From the sequence record NZ_CP121836.1: a stretch of DNA of 61,154 bases; one strand, given 5' to 3'. Of the stretch, positions 19,039 through 28,818 are shown one piece after another. Below the pieces are notes generated by a model. That model was not told where the DNA came from and ran no database searches. It was given only the letters and a program-made list of their open reading frames with translations. The DNA is from a plasmid. A program made the position numbers and the translations under genes. The stretch's first letter is position 1, and each line of letters opens with the position of its first letter.

Positions 19039-19554
19039 ATGAAAAGGAGCATAAAGACGATGAAGAATGCAGCAAAGGCCGTGGTTCTGATGGCTTTGTT
19101 TGGCGTCACAACCTCGATGTTCTCCCCCTCTGTGCAAGCTGCATCTGAGGATGAATGCGCGATCTGGTTGTGCCTACCTGGTGGGTTCCCCTCCGGTTGT
19201 GGTGGGGCTAAAAGCGCAATGCTGAAGCGCGTTAAAAAAGGGAAAAGCCCTCTCCCCGACTTCGTTTCGTGCGCGGTGAAAGGAGACAGCGGCGGCAGCT
19301 CGATGACATACGACTATAACTATGCGGCGGCTATCCAGGAGCAGCGCGTTTGCAAGCGAACCGAACGGCGCGGGCGTGACAATTATCAATGTGTGGAGTG
19401 GGAAACCGTACCGGCCCACTATAAGAAAGGGGAGGTTTGCAGGATCAACAACCGAACCGGCACCCACACCCCACGAGGTTGCACCTCAACATATCGCTAT
19501 GTTGATGTGTTCATTGATGGTGCCCTGGCGGGCGATACCTATTTCTGGCGCTGA
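19039..19554 (+). CDS. trbM: Secreted Cys-rich TrbM-like conjugal transfer protein (signal peptide, CAIWLCLPGGFP motif).
   Basis: N-terminal signal peptide ...SPSVQAASEDECAIWLCLPGGFPSGCGGAKS, which resembles the TrbM family signature. Confidence 0.55.
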   Translation: MKRSIKTMKNAAKAVVLMALFGVTTSMFSPSVQAASEDECAIWLCLPGGFPSGCGGAKSAMLKRVKKGKSPLPDFVSCAVKGDSGGSSMTYDYNYAAAIQEQRVCKRTERRGRDNYQCVEWETVPAHYKKGEVCRINNRTGTHTPRGCTSTYRYVDVFIDGALAGDTYFWR

Positions 19555-19564
19555 GGTCTAGGCT

Positions 19565-20302
19565 ATGGAGCTGTTTACTATCCTGGCCACTTGCTCGGCC
19601 CTGACGTTCGGCACGGGTAGCCCTGTCGAACAAGCATACCCATACACAAAAGAGGAGTGCCAACAGGCGGCCTCTGAATATAAAGGGATGCTGACAAAAG
19701 TTAAGCTGAATGAAGTAGATCGGGACGCCATAACAAGGGTTGCTTTTGCCGAGGCGGCCAATCAAGGTGATGCCGGAATTGCGGGCGTTGTATATACCAT
19801 AATTAACCGCTTCGTCAGTGGCAATTTTGGCGCGTCTATTTCTGACGTAGTAAACGCTCCCCGTCAGTTTGAACCAGTTTCCAAAGTTGGCGGCAATTGG
19901 AAGAAACTTCCCGAAGTTAATACCGCTCAACGTTCAAAAGTTGACACCATTATTAACCTTGCCCTGGATGGTCATTTACCCGACCTGACTAATGGGGCTC
20001 TTTTCTTCCAAAACCCTAAGATTGTTGCGGATAGGGAAAAGAAGGGAACCGTCTCAAAAGGTCTTACTAATTTCGGCGGCTCTGAGCCATCGGCTGTTAT
20101 CAATGACCATGCCTTTTTTGCCGCTGTTAGTAATGCAGCGCCGGTAACTGTTCAAGTAAATAAAGCGGCTGACATTCCAGAGCCTAAAAAATGGGATGTA
20201 TTCGGCAATTCCAGAAAGTCGATGAATGATAATAATGCCGCTTGGGATGTATTCGGCGGAAAGAGCACGGGAAATAAATCTGTTTTCGAGGGTGAACAAT
20301 GA
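19565..20302 (+). CDS. Cell-wall hydrolase of the SleB/Hydrolase_2 type. Likely the peptidoglycan-remodelling (VirB1-equivalent) component of the T4SS.
   Basis: Hydrolase_2-like motifs (ITRVAFAEAANQGDAGIAGVVYTIINR...NGALFFQNPK). Confidence 0.7.
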   Translation: MELFTILATCSALTFGTGSPVEQAYPYTKEECQQAASEYKGMLTKVKLNEVDRDAITRVAFAEAANQGDAGIAGVVYTIINRFVSGNFGASISDVVNAPRQFEPVSKVGGNWKKLPEVNTAQRSKVDTIINLALDGHLPDLTNGALFFQNPKIVADREKKGTVSKGLTNFGGSEPSAVINDHAFFAAVSNAAPVTVQVNKAADIPEPKKWDVFGNSRKSMNDNNAAWDVFGGKSTGNKSVFEGEQ

Positions 20303-22275
20303 AATTAATAATTGTGGAGAGCCCCGGCAAAGTTAAAAAAATATCTGAGATCCTGGGGGCAGGATGGCGAGTTGCGGCCAGCGTTGGCCACGTTCGTGAT
20401 CTGCCTGAGCGGGAAATGGGAGTTGAAGCGCCGGACTTCAAACCCAAGTACGTGAAGACTGAACGGGGCAAAGAGGTATTGGCCAAGCTGGCGGGGCTGG
20501 CGTCCGGTGCTGAGTCTGTATTTCTTGCAACGGACTTGGATCGAGAAGGGGAGGCAATAGCCTGGCATCTTCAGGCAGCCTTGCGCCTCAACAATGCCCA
20601 GCGCGTGACGTTCGCAGAAATCACGCCGAAAGCCATCAAGGCGGCCATCATGGCCCCCCGTTCTGTGAATATCCCAATGGTGGCGGCTCAAGAAGGGCGG
20701 CGCGTACTGGATCGCCTGGTTGGCTACATGGTATCGCCCAAGCTGTCTGACATGAGCGGGCGGCCTGGGCTGTCTGCCGGTCGTGTCCAGAGCCCTGCGG
20801 TGCGGATCATTGTTGAACGAGAAAAGGCCATCAAGAACTTCAAGCCAACGGCTCACTTTGGCGTTGAACTGCTTTTCAGTGGTGACTGGTCAGCCGAATG
20901 GGATTTAAAGCCGTGGCTTCCTGATGGCACTGAATACATTCTCGATGGCCAACTGGCCCAACGGATCGCCGGTATTCGCTCCCTTCAGGTGATCGGCTAC
21001 GAAGAAAAGGAGGCAACGAAAGCGCCCCCGCCCCCGTTCATCACTTCCACATTGCAACAGGCGGCATCTGTAAAGCTGAAGATGAAGCCAAAGGCCACGA
21101 TGGCAGCGGCTCAAAAGCTCTATGAGCAGGGCCAGATAACGTACATGAGGACGGATAGCCCCAACCTCTCGGATGACGCCCTGATCGAGATTTACCAGCT
21201 CTGCAAAGCCAAAGGGTTGCCGATGGTAGACAGACCCCGCACCTGGAAAGCCAAAGGCGACGCACAGGAGGCCCATGAAGCAATTCGGCCCTCTCACTTT
21301 GACCTAGAAGAAGCAGGCGAGACGCCAGAAGAAAAGGCGCTCTATCGGCTTATCTGGGGCCGAGCCGTTGCGTGTCAGCTTGCGGCGGCTCGATATGCCG
21401 TGAGATCTGTCCGTCTGCGGGCAACTGAGCCCCTTGATGGTCGCCCGGTAGAGTTCACCGCCGAAGGTCGCACCATGACGTTTAGCGGCTGGACAGGGCT
21501 GTTTAGTGACGATACCGAAGACGAAGACGACAAGGACACCAAGGCCAATAACCCGATCCCCGTTCTTGCACCTGGTCAGCGTCTGAGTGCCGAAAATGGC
21601 CGGGTTCTCAACAAGAAGACCCGCGCCCCTTCCCGCTTTACTGAAGCGTCCTTGATTGCCGAACTGGAACGACTCGGCATCGGTCGGCCCAGCACCTATG
21701 CGGCCATCATGGATAACATCATGCGCCGTCAGTACGTGGAGGCAGATAAAAGCGGCAAATACCTGGTGCCAACGGAAACGGGGAACCTGGTTATTGAAGC
21801 CCTGGTGTCTGGCCGGTTCTCATTTGTGGAATATGACTTTACCCGCGAAATGGAAGGCCGCTTAGACCTGATCGCTCAAGGGCGGCTTTCATATCGTGAT
21901 GTAGTCAGCGCCGTACATGGCCAGTTAGAACGGGAGTTATCCGGGTTGAAGATCACCGCCGCCCCGTTGCACCCGTGCCCGGATTGCGGAAAAGCCCTAC
22001 GCAGAATGAAAGGTAAAGATGGTTTCTTTTGGGGATGCACTGGATACCCTGACTGTTCTATCACGCTCCCGGATGCAGCAGGCAAACCAGGCAAACCCAA
22101 GCCCAAGCCTCAAGCGTCTGAGTTTGCCTGTCCAAAATGCGGCAAGCCCCTGATCCGAAGAAAGAAAGCGGCAACAGGCGGCAAGAAGGCTTTCGACTTC
22201 TTCGGCTGTAGTGGCTTCCCTACCTGCAACGAGAAATTCGACGTTGTGGGAGGAAAGCCAAAATTCACTAAATGA
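20299..22275 (+). CDS. topB: DNA topoisomerase III (type IA; TopB/TraE-like), 658 aa, with C-terminal zinc-ribbon repeats.
   Basis: TOPRIM N-terminus MKLIIVESPGKVKKISEILG...HVRDL, the catalytic Tyr region (YMRTDSPNLS), and C4 zinc fingers CPDCGK...GCTGYPDC and CPKCGK...GCSGFPTC. Confidence 0.9.
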   Translation: MKLIIVESPGKVKKISEILGAGWRVAASVGHVRDLPEREMGVEAPDFKPKYVKTERGKEVLAKLAGLASGAESVFLATDLDREGEAIAWHLQAALRLNNAQRVTFAEITPKAIKAAIMAPRSVNIPMVAAQEGRRVLDRLVGYMVSPKLSDMSGRPGLSAGRVQSPAVRIIVEREKAIKNFKPTAHFGVELLFSGDWSAEWDLKPWLPDGTEYILDGQLAQRIAGIRSLQVIGYEEKEATKAPPPPFITSTLQQAASVKLKMKPKATMAAAQKLYEQGQITYMRTDSPNLSDDALIEIYQLCKAKGLPMVDRPRTWKAKGDAQEAHEAIRPSHFDLEEAGETPEEKALYRLIWGRAVACQLAAARYAVRSVRLRATEPLDGRPVEFTAEGRTMTFSGWTGLFSDDTEDEDDKDTKANNPIPVLAPGQRLSAENGRVLNKKTRAPSRFTEASLIAELERLGIGRPSTYAAIMDNIMRRQYVEADKSGKYLVPTETGNLVIEALVSGRFSFVEYDFTREMEGRLDLIAQGRLSYRDVVSAVHGQLERELSGLKITAAPLHPCPDCGKALRRMKGKDGFFWGCTGYPDCSITLPDAAGKPGKPKPKPQASEFACPKCGKPLIRRKKAATGGKKAFDFFGCSGFPTCNEKFDVVGGKPKFTK

Positions 22276-22339
22276 CACATCAAAGTGTGGCGTTTTGATT
22301 ATCAAAATGATATGCTTTGATTGTGTCGGATGGTGATGA

Positions 22340-22696
22340 ATGAACAAAAAAGACTTTTGTCGTAAACCTCGTAAAATGTGCCCACCTGCCACACCAGATG
22401 AGCATATTGAAATGGGAAACGAGACTATTAGCGAGCTTGAACTTATCGACAACTTGGCCAGCGGAGCGGTGAAGCGGTTGAAACTCGTTCAAGGTGAAGA
22501 TTTGAAATTTTGTATATACATCCAACTGAGCTGGAAAGGAGGTGATCTCTTACTGGAAACCCAACGGAAAAAACCCCGTGTTTGGTCAAGTCTGGACAGA
22601 CTCGCAAAACACATAAACAGCAAATATGGATCTGTTCCTGTTGTAGAACTTTATCTTTGGAGTAAAGAATCAAATGGAAAAAATCGGCGTTGTTGA
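22340..22696 (+). CDS. Hypothetical protein (118 aa) positionally equivalent to the small regulator (KorB of IncN) that precedes the pilin gene. Its promoter carries the ATCAAAAT-N5-ATTTTGAT operator.
   Basis: ORF only; no family recognised. Operator at 22295-22323. Confidence 0.35.
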   Translation: MNKKDFCRKPRKMCPPATPDEHIEMGNETISELELIDNLASGAVKRLKLVQGEDLKFCIYIQLSWKGGDLLLETQRKKPRVWSSLDRLAKHINSKYGSVPVVELYLWSKESNGKNRRC

Positions 22697-22997
22697 CAAT
22701 AAAAAAGAAGTATCCAAGGCCCGCCAGGCTATCGCTACCCTGTGGCTGTTCCTGGGGATCATGTTCATCCCGTCCGTCGCCTTTGCGAACCCCATCGCTG
22801 ATGGTGTCGATTGGCTGCTGGATCTGCTGACCAACGGCATTGCCCGTTCCGTCGCCATCATTGCAATCGTTGTCCTGGGTTATATGGCCTGGGCTGGCCG
22901 CCTGACCGGTGAGGCCGCCGTTAAATTCATCGGTGGTATCGTCCTGGTGTTCGGTGGTGCGGCCATCGTTGACCTCATTATTGCGGCTGTGTCCTAA
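22674..22997 (+). CDS. virB2: T4SS pilin VirB2/TrbC family (TraM/TrwL-like).
   Basis: 107 aa, signal/leader plus two hydrophobic helices (...ATLWLFLGIMFIPSVAFA... and ...AIIAIVVLGYMAWAGRL...IGGIVLVFGGAAIV). Confidence 0.8.
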   Translation: MEKIGVVDNKKEVSKARQAIATLWLFLGIMFIPSVAFANPIADGVDWLLDLLTNGIARSVAIIAIVVLGYMAWAGRLTGEAAVKFIGGIVLVFGGAAIVDLIIAAVS

Positions 22998-23014
22998 CAG
23001 AGCTGAGGTGAACA

Positions 23015-23335
23015 ATGGCAACAGCAACAGATCCGCTGTTCGTTGGAGCCACACGCCCATCACTCGTGATGGGCGTTACCTACGAAGCGATCATTATCTG
23101 CGTTTCAATTGTCGGTATGCTGTTCCTCGCTACCAATAACCCTTTCTTATTGTTGTTTTATATCCCAATGCACGGGGCTTGTTATTTAATTTGCCTCAAA
23201 GACCCTCGTTTTTTCAGGTTCTTGCTGTTGTGGCTTGGGACTAAAGCAAAATCAATATCATGGCGTTATTGGGGCGCGGCCACCGCAAGCCCTCGGGTTA
23301 GCACTCGCAAGCAATCACGGAGAATGCCGGGATGA
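23015..23335 (+). CDS. virB3: T4SS protein VirB3.
   Basis: About 106-aa membrane protein directly upstream of, and overlapping, virB4. Conserved position. Confidence 0.7.
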   Translation: MATATDPLFVGATRPSLVMGVTYEAIIICVSIVGMLFLATNNPFLLLFYIPMHGACYLICLKDPRFFRFLLLWLGTKAKSISWRYWGAATASPRVSTRKQSRRMPG

Positions 23336-25779
23336 AGGAAAATACTCTACGGGATAATAACTGGCATCGTGAAAATGATGTTTCAGAATTCATTCCCTAT
23401 GCTGTGCAGCTTAACGAGAATACCGTTAAGAACCACAGCGGCGATTATCTCCATGTGATTAAACTTGATGGTCGAGCGCATGAAAGCGCCGACCCGTCAG
23501 ACGTTATTACATGGAAAGAGCAATTGAATATTGCCCTTAAAAATATTGCGTCGCCAAATCTCGCCATATGGACGAACACAATCCGCCGTGAGGAAAATAC
23601 TTTCCCTGGTGGTGACTTTGAGCCTGGCTTTGCGGCGAGTTTTAACGAGAAGTACAAAGCGCACCTGGGCAAAAATAACATGATGGTCAATGAACTTTAT
23701 TTGACTATTCTTCTGCGCCCTGGTGTGAACAAAGCCGATGGTTATTTCCAGAAGTTTGAGAAAAACGAGCAGGCTATCAGACGCCAGCAACAAGAGGCCA
23801 TCGAGAAACTGACTGAAGTTTCAAACCTGGTATGCAGTAGCCTTTCATCCTATGGCCCTAAGCTGCTGGGGACATATGAGCGGCGCGGGATTCTTCATTC
23901 TGAGGTGCTGGAATTCCTCTCTTTCTTGGTAAATGGCGAGTGGTATCCCAGGGCTTTGCCCCGCCAAGACCTTGCCCAAACATTGGCATTTAATCGCCCA
24001 TTCTTCGGCTCTGATGCGTTCGAGCTGCGGGGTGTAGTGGATTCCAAAGTTGGCGCAATACTTGGCATTGGCGAATATCCAGAAGGCACCGAAGCGGGGC
24101 TGTTGAATGCCCTGTTGTCTGCTCCGTTCCCCCTGGTACTGACGCAATCTTTCAATTTCCTGTCAAAGCCGATAGGGATTGAGCTGTTGCGCCGTCAGCA
24201 ACGCCGTATGCGCAACGCTGGCGACCTGGCCACCTCACAGATTGACGAGATCGATGATGCCCTGGACGACCTGACAGCAGGCCGCTTTGTATTTGGCGAG
24301 CATCACCTTTGCCTGACCGTGTTCGGGACTGACGGGGCCGACCTGAAAAAGAACTTGTCAGACGCACGGGCCGAGCTGGCTAACTGCTCGATGGTTGTCA
24401 GCCGTGAGGATTGGGCTGTTGCTGCGGCGTTCTGGTCTATGCTGCCCGGTAACTTTAAGTTTCGCCCGCGCCCTGCCCCGCTGAGTTCCAAGAACTTTGC
24501 CGGGTTCTCTAGCTTCCATAACTATCCGACCGGTCGCCGGTTGGGCAACCAATGGGGGCCAGCCGTGACGATGTTCAAGACCACTTCCGGCGCTCCGTTC
24601 TATTTCAACTTCCATGAGCCCCTGGATGTAAACAAGGCGAAGAAACAAGCCCAGCTCGAAGCAGAGTTAGGCGCTAACAAAATGGCCGAATCCAAGGAAG
24701 AACAAAAGGCGCTGGGGAATACCCTGATTATCGGCCCGTCTGGTTCCGGTAAAACTGTTGTCCAAGGTGTCTTGCTGGCCCAAAGCAAGAAGTTCAACCC
24801 GACCCAAATCATCTTTGATAAAGATCGCGGTTTAGAAATTTACGTCCGGGCCGAGGGTGGTGTTTATCTCCCGCTGAAGAAAGGCGTTCGCACCGGCTGC
24901 AATCCGTTCCAGCTAGAACCTACCGAAAGCAACCTGCTTTTCCTCGAAAGCCTGGTGAAGAAATGCGCCGGGGGGAAATTCACGGTTAATGATGAACAAG
25001 AGGTTTCCCGTGCTGTTCGTGGCGTTATGCGTTTGCCTAAAGCGCATCGCCGCATTAGCTCATGCCTGGAATTCCTCGACCCGGTGAACCGGGAAGGTGT
25101 TCACGCCAGATTAGGGAAATGGTGCGGCTCTGGCTCCCTGGCTTGGGTATTCGATTGCGCTGAAGATCAGATTATCTTTGATGGTAATTCGATGTTCGGC
25201 TTTGACGTTACCGAATTCCTGGATGATCCCGAAGTACGTACCCCGCTGGTTATGTACCTGTTCCATCGCATCGAGCAACTGATTGATGGGCGACGGGTTC
25301 AAATCTTCATGGATGAATTTTGGAAATTGCTTCTGGATGAATTCTTTGAAGACTTGGCCCAAAACAAACTGAAGGTTATTCGTAAACAAAACGGCATCCT
25401 GACGTTTGGCACACAGTCAGCAAAAGACGTTCTGAATTCCCCCATTGCTCACAGCATCATAGAGCAGTGCGCCACCATGATTTTCATGCCTAACCCCAAG
25501 GCTGCGCATAAAGACTATGTGGACGGGCTCAAGCTGACCGAGCGGGAATTTCAGCTTATCAAAGAAGAAATGCAACCCGGCTCCCGCCGTTTCCTTATTA
25601 AACAAGGGCATAATTCTGTTGTCGCGGAATTGGACTTGAAGGGGTTCAGTGATGAACTGGCCGTTATTTCAGGTACTACCGATAACGTGGAGCTGATGGA
25701 GCGCGTTATTGCCGAATATGGTAACGACCCGAAAGAGTGGTTGCCGGTTTTCCACCAAAAAAGGAAGTATGGCCAATGA
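23332..25779 (+). CDS. virB4: T4SS ATPase VirB4 (815 aa).
   Basis: Walker A IIGPSGSGKTV, CagE/TrbE/VirB4 size and motifs. Confidence 0.95.
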   Translation: MKENTLRDNNWHRENDVSEFIPYAVQLNENTVKNHSGDYLHVIKLDGRAHESADPSDVITWKEQLNIALKNIASPNLAIWTNTIRREENTFPGGDFEPGFAASFNEKYKAHLGKNNMMVNELYLTILLRPGVNKADGYFQKFEKNEQAIRRQQQEAIEKLTEVSNLVCSSLSSYGPKLLGTYERRGILHSEVLEFLSFLVNGEWYPRALPRQDLAQTLAFNRPFFGSDAFELRGVVDSKVGAILGIGEYPEGTEAGLLNALLSAPFPLVLTQSFNFLSKPIGIELLRRQQRRMRNAGDLATSQIDEIDDALDDLTAGRFVFGEHHLCLTVFGTDGADLKKNLSDARAELANCSMVVSREDWAVAAAFWSMLPGNFKFRPRPAPLSSKNFAGFSSFHNYPTGRRLGNQWGPAVTMFKTTSGAPFYFNFHEPLDVNKAKKQAQLEAELGANKMAESKEEQKALGNTLIIGPSGSGKTVVQGVLLAQSKKFNPTQIIFDKDRGLEIYVRAEGGVYLPLKKGVRTGCNPFQLEPTESNLLFLESLVKKCAGGKFTVNDEQEVSRAVRGVMRLPKAHRRISSCLEFLDPVNREGVHARLGKWCGSGSLAWVFDCAEDQIIFDGNSMFGFDVTEFLDDPEVRTPLVMYLFHRIEQLIDGRRVQIFMDEFWKLLLDEFFEDLAQNKLKVIRKQNGILTFGTQSAKDVLNSPIAHSIIEQCATMIFMPNPKAAHKDYVDGLKLTEREFQLIKEEMQPGSRRFLIKQGHNSVVAELDLKGFSDELAVISGTTDNVELMERVIAEYGNDPKEWLPVFHQKRKYGQ

Positions 25780-26420
25780 AAATGAAGACGTTAGCCCTTA
25801 GCCTGGCCCTCACTATGGGGGCTATTTCCCCGGCGTTTGCTGGTATCCCGGTGACTGTTGTTGCCGACCCTCAAGCGTTGGCAAACCATATCACCGAACT
25901 GGCCAAGATGGTCGAGCAGATCCGCCAGCTTGAAAATCAGTTGAGGCAGATGGAGCGTGAATATACGTCAATGACCGGCTCCCGTGGGCTGGGTAGCTTG
26001 ATCAACTCGGCCTATGACAAGGATGTGCTGAAGGATCTCGACCTGAAGGGGCTTATGAGCCAAAACGGCCTGAAGTCGTCCAACGATTACAACCTGGGGC
26101 AAGGCGTGGGCGAAGTATTCGACCTGTCGAACAAGAACGCCGCCCAATACTCCGGGCAGGCAACCAAGAGCCTTTCCCAAGCCCAGGAACGCTTTGACGA
26201 GCTGAAAGGGCTGGTCAGCAAGGTGAACAATTCGAGCGACCCGAAAGAAGTAATGGATCTGCAAGCCCGGATTGGTGCCGAGCAAAGTTTCCTGCAAAAC
26301 GAAGTGGCCAAGCTGCAAATCTTGGAGCAGCAGGCCCAGGCCAATGAGCAAATCCGAAGCCAGCGCGTGAAACAAATGGCTGTTGAGTCGTCCGGCTCAC
26401 TGCGTCAAGTAGCCTGGTAA
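25776..26420 (+). CDS. virB5: T4SS minor pilus subunit VirB5 (TraC/TrwJ-like). ATG overlaps the virB4 stop (ATGA).
   Basis: Signal peptide MKMKTLALSLALTMGAISPAFA followed by a coiled, alpha-helical 200-aa protein. Confidence 0.8.
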   Translation: MKMKTLALSLALTMGAISPAFAGIPVTVVADPQALANHITELAKMVEQIRQLENQLRQMEREYTSMTGSRGLGSLINSAYDKDVLKDLDLKGLMSQNGLKSSNDYNLGQGVGEVFDLSNKNAAQYSGQATKSLSQAQERFDELKGLVSKVNNSSDPKEVMDLQARIGAEQSFLQNEVAKLQILEQQAQANEQIRSQRVKQMAVESSGSLRQVAW

Positions 26421-26454
26421 TCGGCACAACATCCAAGAGAGAACGGGAGAGAAA

Positions 26455-26724
26455 ATGAACAAGATGACCGCGATTTCGTACGTACGAAATTTTGCCCTGG
26501 TAAGCCTGGCCAGCCTCGCGCTGGCCGGGTGCTTTGAACAAAAGCCGCTCGAAGAAACCAAGTCGGTTGAATTCTATTCGCAGAATTCCGCCGACCGGGC
26601 GGCAATGGTCAAGCGGTGCGCCGACAACCCCGGCGAGCTGAAAGAAACCCCCAATTGCGTCAATGCAATGCAGGCTGAGAAGGCCGCAACAAGCGGCTCT
26701 CTGAAGAAGCTGAATAACTGGTAA
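26455..26724 (+). CDS. eex: Small lipoprotein between virB5 and virB6. Candidate entry-exclusion (Eex-like) protein.
   Basis: Lipobox LALAGC. The position corresponds to eex in IncN/IncW T4SS operons. Contains an internal 18-bp palindrome ATTTCGTACGTACGAAAT. Confidence 0.55.
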   Translation: MNKMTAISYVRNFALVSLASLALAGCFEQKPLEETKSVEFYSQNSADRAAMVKRCADNPGELKETPNCVNAMQAEKAATSGSLKKLNNW

Positions 26725-26735
26725 GGAGTCGGGCC

Positions 26736-27746
26736 ATGTCAACAAACCTGTTTGAGCGCATTTTTGCGAATGTTGACGACGCCCTGAATACCTACGTTGT
26801 GGATACGGTCGGGAATGTCGTTGGTTTTGCCTCCCCTCTGTTCACCTCGATGATGATCGTCTTTGTGGCCATGTGGGGCTATCTGATGATGTTCGGCAGG
26901 GTGCAAGAGCCGTTACAAGACGGGGTTTTCAGGATCATTCGTATAGGTGGCATCATGGCCCTTGGCCTGACGGTTGGCACTTATATGGGTGTTGTCGTGA
27001 CGTTCCTTCAGCAAGGGCCAGAGCATATTTCGGCTGTCGTATCCGGTGCCGGTGGCACCAGTGCCGACACGCTGGATGCCCTTTTTAGCCAGGTGTTTGC
27101 CGTGTCAAAGGCAGCCTGGGAAAAAGGCGGGGTTCTGGATGGTAACTTTGGCCTGTACCTGATTGCCTTGATTGTCCTGGTAATTGGTAGCGGCCTGACG
27201 TTGTTTGTTGCCTTCCTGATCTTGCTGGCCAAGTTGATGACTACGGTTCTCCTGGGAATTGGGCCGCTGTTCATCATTTGCCTGCTGTTCAAAGTAACCC
27301 AGCGTTTCTTTGAAAGCTGGATCGCTATGGTGTCTAACTTTGGCTTGCTTCTGGTGCTTGCCTCGTCGGTCGGTACGCTAATGACTAGCTTGGCGCAAAC
27401 CTACATAGACAAGCTGGCCCCCAACGAAGCAGCCGCCGCCGATGCCGCAAACCTCGGGGATGCTGCCATGCTCTGCCTTGTGTTCGCCCTGTGTATCCTG
27501 GTGGTTCGTCAGGTTCCATCAGTTGCGGCAGCCCTGGGCGGTGGTATTGCCCTGGCTACGCAAGGCGCGTTTGGTTCAGCTATGAATGCCCTCCGCCCTT
27601 CCTCCATGCAACGCGCCTCCCGTCAGGTTCAACGGGAGTACCGCGCCACTAAGCAAGCTGTTACAGCCCCCGTAAGAGCTGGCCAACGAGTAGCATCTGC
27701 ATATCAAAAACGGTTCGGTAGTGGTAACTCCGTGGCAAGCATGTAA
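26736..27746 (+). CDS. virB6: T4SS inner-membrane protein VirB6 (TrbL/TraD/TrwI-like).
   Basis: 336-aa polytopic membrane protein at the conserved position. Confidence 0.8.
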   Translation: MSTNLFERIFANVDDALNTYVVDTVGNVVGFASPLFTSMMIVFVAMWGYLMMFGRVQEPLQDGVFRIIRIGGIMALGLTVGTYMGVVVTFLQQGPEHISAVVSGAGGTSADTLDALFSQVFAVSKAAWEKGGVLDGNFGLYLIALIVLVIGSGLTLFVAFLILLAKLMTTVLLGIGPLFIICLLFKVTQRFFESWIAMVSNFGLLLVLASSVGTLMTSLAQTYIDKLAPNEAAAADAANLGDAAMLCLVFALCILVVRQVPSVAAALGGGIALATQGAFGSAMNALRPSSMQRASRQVQREYRATKQAVTAPVRAGQRVASAYQKRFGSGNSVASM

Positions 27747-27842
27747 CCCAAAAAACTAATAATGCGGGATGAAAAATCCCGCATCAATCTTTTGCGCTTT
27801 GACTATCAAAATGGTATATTTTGATTCTCAAAGCGCATAACT

Positions 27843-28067
27843 TTGATGAGGCACAGGATAATGAAGAAAACCCTTTTGATGATTGCTTTGGCTCTGTCTG
27901 CCACTGGCTGCACCCTTTCCCCGCCTCCACCTCCGCAATGTGTGGATGATGGGCGCGGGATGGTTCCGCTTAACCCGGAAATGCTGACCCAGGAGCAGAT
28001 CAAGGCCGTGAAGGCCAAATACCAGGAAACAACCTGGAAGGACGAACGTACTAAGGGAGCACGGTAA
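27843..28067 (+). CDS. virB7: T4SS lipoprotein VirB7. The start may be the internal MKKTLLM.
   Basis: Lipobox LSATGC, Pro-rich, about 55 aa mature protein. The upstream promoter carries the ATCAAAAT-N5-ATTTTGAT operator (27798-27827). Confidence 0.7.
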   Translation: MMRHRIMKKTLLMIALALSATGCTLSPPPPPQCVDDGRGMVPLNPEMLTQEQIKAVKAKYQETTWKDERTKGAR

Positions 28068-28816
28068 TGACGGCTAAAGGTGACAATAAAAAGCCTGGCA
28101 AGGGTAAAACCATCGACCAGCAATATTTTGAGGAAGCGCGGGGCTGGGATAGCGATGCTATCGCCAAAACCAAGCAATCAGAGCGGCGGGCCTGGCGAGT
28201 TGCTGGCGTGGCCGTGACAGTGGCCATCCTGGAAGCTATCGGGATCTCGTCTGTCCTCCCCCTCAAAACCGTTGAGCCGTTTGTTATTCGGGTTGATAAC
28301 AATACCGGCCTGACTGACGTTGTAAGCACCCTGAAGGAGAAGGACGAAGGCGTAAAAGCCACAGCTCAAGAGGCGCTGAATAAATACTGGCTGGCGCAAT
28401 ATATCCGGCACCGTGAGGGCTATTTGTGGGATACCCGTGACTATGATCGGGAAATGGTCGGCTTGCTCTCCGCACCGACGATACAACAGCAATATGCCGA
28501 ATACACCGACCCCCGCAAAAACCCACAAGCGCCGATTGTGGTATATGGCCAAAACTCCGAAGTAGAAACCAAGGTTAAAGCCATTTCCATGCTGAACACA
28601 GGGGAGGAGCTGGAAGGCGAAACCCGTTATACCGCCCTGGTTCGCTATACCAAGCAGGTGCGCCGTGCCGGTGAGTTCTCACCGATCACCCACTGGGCCG
28701 CGACGATCACGTTTGCTTATCGCAATGAGCCTATGAGGCTCGACGACCGCACCAAAAACCCGCTTGGCTTCCAAGTGATTTCCTATCGCAATGACCAAGA
28801 AGCCGGGGGACTCTAA
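28067..28816 (+). CDS. virB8: T4SS protein VirB8.
   Basis: Bitopic protein with an NTF2-like periplasmic domain of VirB8 size (249 aa), located between virB7 and virB9. Confidence 0.85.
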   Translation: MTAKGDNKKPGKGKTIDQQYFEEARGWDSDAIAKTKQSERRAWRVAGVAVTVAILEAIGISSVLPLKTVEPFVIRVDNNTGLTDVVSTLKEKDEGVKATAQEALNKYWLAQYIRHREGYLWDTRDYDREMVGLLSAPTIQQQYAEYTDPRKNPQAPIVVYGQNSEVETKVKAISMLNTGEELEGETRYTALVRYTKQVRRAGEFSPITHWAATITFAYRNEPMRLDDRTKNPLGFQVISYRNDQEAGGL

Positions 28817-28818
28817 TC

